Assembly (NCBI GenBank): GCA_048538235.1
Contig: JBLYPX010000001.1
Coordinates: 521,015-585,014 of the forward strand
DNA: 64,000 nt
From: Candidatus Komeilibacteria bacterium
GTDB lineage: Bacteria; Patescibacteriota; Patescibacteriia; UBA1558
Reading direction: 5' to 3'
Shown here: one piece after another, positions 58,505 through 64,000 of the stretch
Layout of the letters: each line of letters opens with the position of its first letter
How positions within the stretch are numbered: position 1 is the first letter of the stretch
Notes under the pieces: generated by a model
Seen by the model: the letters and a program-made list of their open reading frames with translations, nothing else
Told to the model about the DNA's origin: nothing
The model's database searches: none
Made by a program: the position numbers and the translations under genes

Positions 58505-61344
58505 TATTTAACTAAACTTATCTTAACCTCGGTATTTCCAACCTTAACTTCTTCAGAAATAATTCCAGACTCTTCACCTTCTTTAATATTGTCTGCTAAT
58601 ACTTGTTTCTGTAGCTCATCATTAAACTTATTAAATACATTCTTAACTAAATCATCCTTTGTTGAATACAGTACACTTACTCTATCTTCAATAGTTAAGC
58701 CAGATTTCTTTCTTAAGAAATTAATCTGCCTAATAATATCTCTAAGCAACCCTTCTTCTTCAAGTTCTAGTGTTAATTTTGTATCTAATTCAATTACATC
58801 TTTTAAGTTAATACTATAGTCTACATTCTTAATATTTAGCTCCTCTTTTAATAGCTGAATGTGTTGATCTGATAACCTATCTCCATTTTCATCAATTTTA
58901 ATTTCCAATCTATTTAATGGTTGCCTTACTTTAATACCAGCCTCATCTCTAGCTGCGTGAGCCCTTTCTACAATCTTACGAACCTCTGCCATTTTCATTA
59001 AACCAGTATCTTCTTTAGCATTAAGCTCTTCTGTCTTTGACCAATCTTCTAAATGTACTGAATCTTCATTGCCTAATTGTTGCCATATCCATTCTGCTAA
59101 GAATGGTGTAAATGGTGCCATTACTTTTGCCAGTTCTTTTAGAGCAGTCTTAGTTGTATTAATAGCAGCTTGTGAACCATCTTTAAATCTATCCCTACTT
59201 CTACGAATATACCAGGTAGAGAAATCATTTACATATTCTAATATTGGTCTTGCAGCTTCAACTAATTTATATGCTTCCATATTATCTGTTACTGTATTAA
59301 CAAGTTGTTTAGTACGAATAGCTAACCATTCATCTAAAACGGTTTCTTTATCTTCCAAACTTCCCTTATCTGCATACATATTATAGAAATTAACAATATT
59401 TATTGTAGTCATTACTAAATTTCTATAAAGCTCTGCCACATCTTTCTCCACAAATCTTAAATCTGTTGCTTTCATAACAGGAGATGTTAAAAGATAGTAC
59501 CTTAAACTATCTGCCCCATATTTATCTATTAGTTCAGTAGGATCTGGATAATTATTTAATCTCTTAGACATTTTATTACCATCTTCTGCTAGAACAATAC
59601 CATTAACTATTACATTCTTAAATGCTGGTTTATTAAACAAAGCAGTGGATAGAACCATTAAAGTATAGAACCAACCTCTAGTTTGATCTTGACCTTCAGC
59701 AATAAACTGAGCAGGGAAATTATTCTCAAACTCTTTTTTATTATCAAATGGATAATGTACTTGAGCATATGGCATAGACCCTGATTCAAACCAACAATCT
59801 AATACATCTGGTATTCTATTCCATTTACCATTCTTATCTTCCCAAGATATTTCATCTATAAATGGTCTGTGCAGATCTTCAATCTTTTGACCACTTAATT
59901 TCTCTAATTCTTCAATACTACCAATACAAATAGTTTCATTCTTTTCATTCTTCCAAATAGGAAGTCCTGCACCCCAATACCTTTGTCTAGATATTGCCCA
60001 ATCTCTAGCATTCTCTAACCACTTACCAAATCTACCTTCTTTAATATGTGTTGGCTGCCAATTTATCTCTGCATTATTCTTTAACATCTTGTCTTTAATA
60101 TCTGTAACCTTTACAAACCATGACGATGTTGCATAGTTTAATAGCGGAGTATCGCAACGCCAACAATGAGGATAGCTATGTTCATATTTTTGTTTACCAA
60201 ATAATAGTTCCTTACTAGCTAAATATTTAATTATCTCTACATCCATTGCCTGATGATCATCTTTTGGTTTTACTAGCTTGCCTGCCCAATCTTTAACCTC
60301 TGGTTTAAATTTACCAGATTCATCTACATGTTGTATAAATGGTAATTTCTTATCTTGTCCAAGATTTAAGTCATCCTCACCAAAAGCAGGAGCTATATGT
60401 ACTATACCAGTACCATCTTCTGCTGTTACAAAATCTGCTGTTTGAATTGTATATATATTCTCTTTATTATCTAAATCTCCATTAAGATAGTAATTAAATA
60501 ATGGTTTGTACTTCTTACCTACGATATTCTTAACATCCACCTCTTCAATAATATTATATTCTTTATCTTCGAATATCTTTTCTACATTTTCCTTAGCTAA
60601 AATATATTTACTACCTTCCATTTCTACATTTACGTATGTAATGCTATCGCTTAATGCTAAGGCTACATTACCAGGTAATGTCCAGGGAGTAGTTGTCCAA
60701 GCAAGTAAATATGTTTTAGGCTCATCTTCTAATTCAAACTTAGCAATAACAGATAAATCTTTAATATCTATATAGTTCTGAGTAACTTCAAAATTAGATA
60801 AAGTTGTCTCACAACGAGGACATATGTGCATTGATTTATATCCTTCATAGATAAGATTTTTATCATAAAGTTGTTTAAACACCCACCAAATAGATTCCAT
60901 ATATGAGGTGTCCATAGTTTTGTAATCATGGTCCATATCTACCCAACGACCAATTCTAGGTATAAACCTATACCACTCATCTGCATATTTAAGAACTGAT
61001 CTTCTACATTCACTATTAAATTTATCTACACCCAAATCATCAATAGCATCTTTACTCTTAAGTTCCAACTCTTTTTCTACAATATTTTCTACTGGTAGAC
61101 CATGACAATCCCATCCCCATTTCCTAGCCACATGATAACCTCTCATTGTTTGATAGCGTGGTACTGCATCCTTCATAACTGATGCAACTATATGTCCATA
61201 ATGTGGCAGTCCAGTAGCAAAAGGAGGGCCATCATAAAAAACATATTCACCTTTTGGTGACTCTTTAGTAAGACTTTTGGTAAAAGTATCATCTTTTGAC
61301 CAAAACTCTAATATTTTCTTTTCCTCCTCAGCAAAATTTATCAT
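58504..61344 (-). CDS. ileS: isoleucyl-tRNA synthetase, type 2 (eukaryote/archaeal-like)
   Basis: 946 aa with FYDGPPFATGLPHYGH (HIGH), KMSKR (KMSKS) and a CP1 editing domain. Confidence 0.9.
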   Translation of the reverse strand: MINFAEEEKKILEFWSKDDTFTKSLTKESPKGEYVFYDGPPFATGLPHYGHIVASVMKDAVPRYQTMRGYHVARKWGWDCHGLPVENIVEKELELKSKDAIDDLGVDKFNSECRRSVLKYADEWYRFIPRIGRWVDMDHDYKTMDTSYMESIWWVFKQLYDKNLIYEGYKSMHICPRCETTLSNFEVTQNYIDIKDLSVIAKFELEDEPKTYLLAWTTTPWTLPGNVALALSDSITYVNVEMEGSKYILAKENVEKIFEDKEYNIIEEVDVKNIVGKKYKPLFNYYLNGDLDNKENIYTIQTADFVTAEDGTGIVHIAPAFGEDDLNLGQDKKLPFIQHVDESGKFKPEVKDWAGKLVKPKDDHQAMDVEIIKYLASKELLFGKQKYEHSYPHCWRCDTPLLNYATSSWFVKVTDIKDKMLKNNAEINWQPTHIKEGRFGKWLENARDWAISRQRYWGAGLPIWKNEKNETICIGSIEELEKLSGQKIEDLHRPFIDEISWEDKNGKWNRIPDVLDCWFESGSMPYAQVHYPFDNKKEFENNFPAQFIAEGQDQTRGWFYTLMVLSTALFNKPAFKNVIVNGIVLAEDGNKMSKRLNNYPDPTELIDKYGADSLRYYLLTSPVMKATDLRFVEKDVAELYRNLVMTTINIVNFYNMYADKGSLEDKETVLDEWLAIRTKQLVNTVTDNMEAYKLVEAARPILEYVNDFSTWYIRRSRDRFKDGSQAAINTTKTALKELAKVMAPFTPFLAEWIWQQLGNEDSVHLEDWSKTEELNAKEDTGLMKMAEVRKIVERAHAARDEAGIKVRQPLNRLEIKIDENGDRLSDQHIQLLKEELNIKNVDYSINLKDVIELDTKLTLELEEEGLLRDIIRQINFLRKKSGLTIEDRVSVLYSTKDDLVKNVFNKFNDELQKQVLADNIKEGEESGIISEEVKVGNTEVKISLVK

Positions 61345-61410
61345 TATATATATTCTTTAATTCTAAAACGTAAGTGAATATTACCTAATATTTAGACCTT
61401 TGGCAAATAA

Positions 61411-61572
61411 TTAAAATAGCCAATTTCTTATAAATTTTGTCAAGCCTTTTTGCTCAACAGTTCGATGATCACTTGGATAGCAAACTACACGAGTATTCTT
61501 ATCTAAATTATACTCTCTACTTCTAAAGCGACCACTAGGGTACTTATTTACTTGTGCTTTTCTTTCATTCAT
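61411..61572 (-). CDS. possible small basic protein (53 aa), unannotated by the ORF track
   Basis: Manual translation gives MNERKAQVNKYPSGRFRSREYNLDKNTRVVCYPSDHRTVEQKGLTKFIRNWLF. It sits 5 nt after the MerR-family gene stop. No recognised family. Confidence 0.25.
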   Translation of the reverse strand: MNERKAQVNKYPSGRFRSREYNLDKNTRVVCYPSDHRTVEQKGLTKFIRNWLF

Positions 61573-61577
61573 AGTTT

Positions 61578-61799
61578 CTATTTTATTAATTGTTTTATTT
61601 CACTAATAGTTAAACGTTTCTTGGTTTGCAGGTCGTTTATACGTTTAACTTGGGTTGTGGCCTTTTTCTCATCATAAAGACGGTAACCGCCTCTAGTGCG
61701 CTTACTTTCTTTCAAAAGACCCTCTTGGGTATAAAAATGAATGGTTGATGGTAATACACCAACCTTATTCGCTAATTGTCCTATTTTTAGATAAGGCAT
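61578..61799 (-). CDS. MerR-family HTH transcriptional regulator (short form)
   Basis: 73 aa with N-terminal wHTH (LKIGQLANKVGVLPSTIHFYTQEGLL...RTRGGYRLY). Confidence 0.7.
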   Translation of the reverse strand: MPYLKIGQLANKVGVLPSTIHFYTQEGLLKESKRTRGGYRLYDEKKATTQVKRINDLQTKKRLTISEIKQLIK

Positions 61800-61808
61800 G
61801 GGATGGGC

Positions 61809-61848
61809 TTTTGGCTGTGGATGAGCACAAACATATCCACAGCCAAAA
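61809..61848. promoter_or_regulatory. perfect 14-bp inverted repeat with 12-bp spacer (ttttggctgtggat...atccacagccaaaa) 10 nt upstream of the MerR-family gene start
   Basis: Read directly from the sequence. It is a candidate operator or 5'-leader hairpin. A second 11-bp-arm inverted repeat lies at 61930-61968. Confidence 0.4.
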
Positions 61849-61980
61849 CTCCTTTAAGATATAGTTCTTAGCCGCATGGGGGCTAGAATAGCGGTATATT
61901 ACCCTATTCCACATATATTATATATCTTTAACCATAAAGTGTAAAGCAGTACTTCATACTTTATGGTTGTGTATAAATAA

Positions 61981-62008
61981 AAAACCACTGAAACTAATCA
62001 GTGGTTTT
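61981..62008. terminator. bidirectional terminator (aaaaccactga-aactaa-tcagtggtttt) after gene 62026-62556
   Basis: 11-bp stem including A-U pairs, with flanking A-tract and T-tract. Confidence 0.6.
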
Positions 62009-62025
62009 TAAATAGTATCTATCTA

Positions 62026-62556
62026 TTATTGATTCTGCTGTTCTTCTAAATATCTAGTAATAGCATCCACTACTTTTGAATCTGACTTCAATTTCTCTGT
62101 AAACAATACGTGATCTGCGTTAATCTTCATAGCATCTTGTGGTCCATGCAATTCATTACCCAATTTTACTAAAGATAATTCATTCTGACCTTGTGTCTGA
62201 GTAGCAGCACCTTCTTGTGTCTGTTGCAAAGGAGCTTGTACGACTTGAAGATAATAAATATCTTCTAATTGAACAAAGTTGCTGTTATAACTTTGAATCT
62301 TACCAAAGTATACCTGACCATTTGTTAAAAAGACTGCCTGCCAATCTGTAATAGTAACTTTTTCTGCATCATTCATACCGAAGATATTAATCTTGGTATA
62401 TTTGTCTACGAAGTAAAGGCCACCTAAAATGATTACGACTACAATTAGAATCATAATAATTTTAGCTAGCATACCGCCCTTACCAGCTTTCTTAGGTTTT
62501 GCTAATTTAGGCTCTTCAGAACTAGCCATTTCTGGCTTTTTAATATCATCTGACAT
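62026..62556 (-). CDS. hypothetical single-pass membrane protein
   Basis: 176 aa with Lys-rich N-terminus, one TM (IIMILIVVVIILGGLYFV) and a Gln-rich linker. Confidence 0.45.
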   Translation of the reverse strand: MSDDIKKPEMASSEEPKLAKPKKAGKGGMLAKIIMILIVVVIILGGLYFVDKYTKINIFGMNDAEKVTITDWQAVFLTNGQVYFGKIQSYNSNFVQLEDIYYLQVVQAPLQQTQEGAATQTQGQNELSLVKLGNELHGPQDAMKINADHVLFTEKLKSDSKVVDAITRYLEEQQNQ

Positions 62557-62602
62557 AATATTTCTTATTATTTAATATTTATACTATTTGGCCCTTGTGG
62601 AC

Positions 62603-62631
62603 ATATTATATAATACTTTTAAAGTATTTTC
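62603..62631 (-). promoter_or_regulatory. sigma70-like promoter (TTGAAA-17 bp-TATAAT, minus strand) whose spacer is a perfect dyad ATACTTT-a-AAAGTAT
   Basis: Minus-strand -35 at 62631-62626, -10 at 62608-62603, dyad at 62611-62625. It would drive gene 62026-62556. Confidence 0.5.
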
Positions 62632-62648
62632 AAATGGGGATAAAAGAC

Positions 62649-64000
62649 CTAGAAACTAACTGCTCCATCGTTCATTACACTGTTTACTTGCTCGGGGGTA
62701 AGTACATAATTATACACTCGCAAATCGTCAATTATGCCCTCCCAAAAATCTATAGCCACACCAGCATTCTCTCTAGCACCAATGTATAAATCTTCATTTG
62801 AAAAATCAAAATCTTGAGTAATGCTGCCAGTGTGTGTAACAGCAACTCCGTTTCTATAGAACACTGTTTGATCGGTAGTACTATCATGACTTACAACTAC
62901 ATGGTACCAGCCGGCTCCAGAAAAATATGTATCAACTTGAGCTGTCTGCCAAGTTGAACCATTTTTGGTTTGAAAATATAATTTAGTCGTAGTACTATCA
63001 CCAACCCTTACTTGCCAAGTGGTACCACCAGTACTTTCATCATCCCTAGATAGAGCAATCAATTTTGCATTAATTTTTGGAGTATCGTCTACATAAACCC
63101 AAGCAGCTAAAGTAACTTGCTTACTATTAAACGCAGCATTATATGGAACCACAATATAATCATCGGTGCTATCAAAATTCAAACCACTATTAATCTTTCC
63201 ACTTGCACCATTATACCAAGCTGTACCAGATGTTTCGCAAGTACCAACTGTTGTTTGAGAACCAGAACCACCTATGGTAATAGTTCCATCGTTTCCTCGA
63301 TAACCATCACCCGTTGGTGCCCAATCATAAGCTGTCAATCCTTCACATTCATCAAATTTCCACCAAGCAATAGGAGCACCCCTATTAAATTCCCAAGCTA
63401 CTTGTGCTGAGGAGCGAGCATAATTATACACACGAACCTGATCAATGTCTCCAGAATGAAAATATGACTGAACCCCTGAATCATTATTAGCAGACGGAGA
63501 CTGAGTTCCAGCATTACCAATGGTAGTACCATTACTCCCATTATAGTCTGTAAAGGCAGTTAATGTTGTGTCTGACGCCACAAGTACACCATCAACATAT
63601 ATAAACATATCCCCGTTTGGTCCGTCAGCAACTGCAGAAACATAATACCAACGTCCAGTTTCTAAGTTTGAAGTCGCATAACCAAGACTTCTATGGCTAT
63701 CATTATTTTCAACACCCAAATGTAATTCATCATTGTACAAACCAAATTCAATACCTCGAGTAACACCTCCATCTGTAAATATTGCTCTATGGCCAGTTAA
63801 TACATCCCACTTTACCCATGCACTAACAGAAACTTTTGAACTACTTGAAGGCGATTCAATGTCTCCACAATCTACATAAGCATCCGTTCCATTAAAACTC
63901 AGCCCCCCTCCTAATTTACCGGCAACCCACGTAGCATTAGTGACTGTACCGTTATAACTATTATCTGAAGTGTCATATGTATTACTACCTGTTTTTTCAT
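62649..64000 (-). CDS. large secreted LamG/concanavalin A-like lectin-domain repeat protein, 5'-truncated by the window edge (C-terminal 450 aa or more seen)
   Basis: Repeated LamG-like blocks (WYHVVVSHDSTTDQTVFYRNGVAVTH; GRWYYVSAVADGPNGDMFIYVDGVLVAS; LRVYNYVLT). The ORF continues without a stop to position 64000. Confidence 0.55.
   Translation of the reverse strand, partial: EKTGSNTYDTSDNSYNGTVTNATWVAGKLGGGLSFNGTDAYVDCGDIESPSSSSKVSVSAWVKWDVLTGHRAIFTDGGVTRGIEFGLYNDELHLGVENNDSHRSLGYATSNLETGRWYYVSAVADGPNGDMFIYVDGVLVASDTTLTAFTDYNGSNGTTIGNAGTQSPSANNDSGVQSYFHSGDIDQVRVYNYARSSAQVAWEFNRGAPIAWWKFDECEGLTAYDWAPTGDGYRGNDGTITIGGSGSQTTVGTCETSGTAWYNGASGKINSGLNFDSTDDYIVVPYNAAFNSKQVTLAAWVYVDDTPKINAKLIALSRDDESTGGTTWQVRVGDSTTTKLYFQTKNGSTWQTAQVDTYFSGAGWYHVVVSHDSTTDQTVFYRNGVAVTHTGSITQDFDFSNEDLYIGARENAGVAIDFWEGIIDDLRVYNYVLTPEQVNSVMNDGAVSF

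Noticed and set aside
1-64000. CRISPR arrays, rRNA genes, transposases/IS elements, prophage or classical defence systems
   Set aside because: No tandem direct repeats with unique spacers, no rRNA-like conserved blocks, and no integrase, transposase, nuclease or RT signatures in any translated ORF.

Overview
This is an AT-rich (about 30% GC) bacterial chromosomal segment of 64,000 bp, almost entirely coding and mostly on the minus strand. TGA is used as a stop codon (ATGA overlaps at 458-461 and 10782-10785), so the standard code 11 applies.

Its core is a classic str/S10/spc ribosomal-protein superoperon read right to left: rpsL-rpsG-fusA ... tuf-rpsJ-rplC-rplD-rplW-rplB-rpsS-rplV-rpsC-rplP-rpmC-rpsQ-rplN-rplX-rplE-rpsZ-rpsH-rplF-rplR-rpsE-rplO-secY-adk-map. 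There is no rpmD (L30) between rpsE and rplO, and many r-proteins carry Lys/Glu/Ala/Pro-rich terminal extensions. Together with the large number of small membrane hypotheticals, this suggests a Candidate Phyla Radiation / Patescibacteria-like genome (inference).

Other recognisable genes include tRNA-Asn(GTT), tRNA-Lys(TTT), a P-type cation ATPase, dnaB, ybaB-recR, rplU, ruvX, rpmB, ndk, prfB (single frame, SPF motif), htrA, nrdR-ftsZ-ftsA, rmuC, tatD, metG, rsmI, glyQS, tgt, ileS (type 2), recO, comEC, and a MerR-family regulator.

The observations most worth a second look are:
- Two promoter-to-terminator-bounded, GC-enriched, ORF-free regions that look like unclassified structured small RNAs: about 25657-25978, downstream of fusA, and 30808-31057, with a near-consensus promoter and long 5'/3' end pairing. 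They share a CTAGTCAG-containing motif.
- An unusual two-gene insertion (a membrane-anchored protein plus an acidic Phd/YefM-like protein) between fusA and tuf.
- A membrane-anchored two-ring Clp/Hsp100 ATPase whose first nucleotide-binding domain has degenerate Walker A and B motifs.
- comEC split into two ORFs by a single-nucleotide frame difference inside an A5 run.
- A compositionally foreign (about 42% GC) plus-strand mini-island at 34473-34814 with its own SD and UUCG-tetraloop terminator.
- Several perfect inverted-repeat operator candidates, around the MerR gene and in a promoter spacer at 62611-62625.

No CRISPR array, rRNA or obvious transposase was seen. All calls come from reading translated ORFs and motifs by eye. 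No database search was run.
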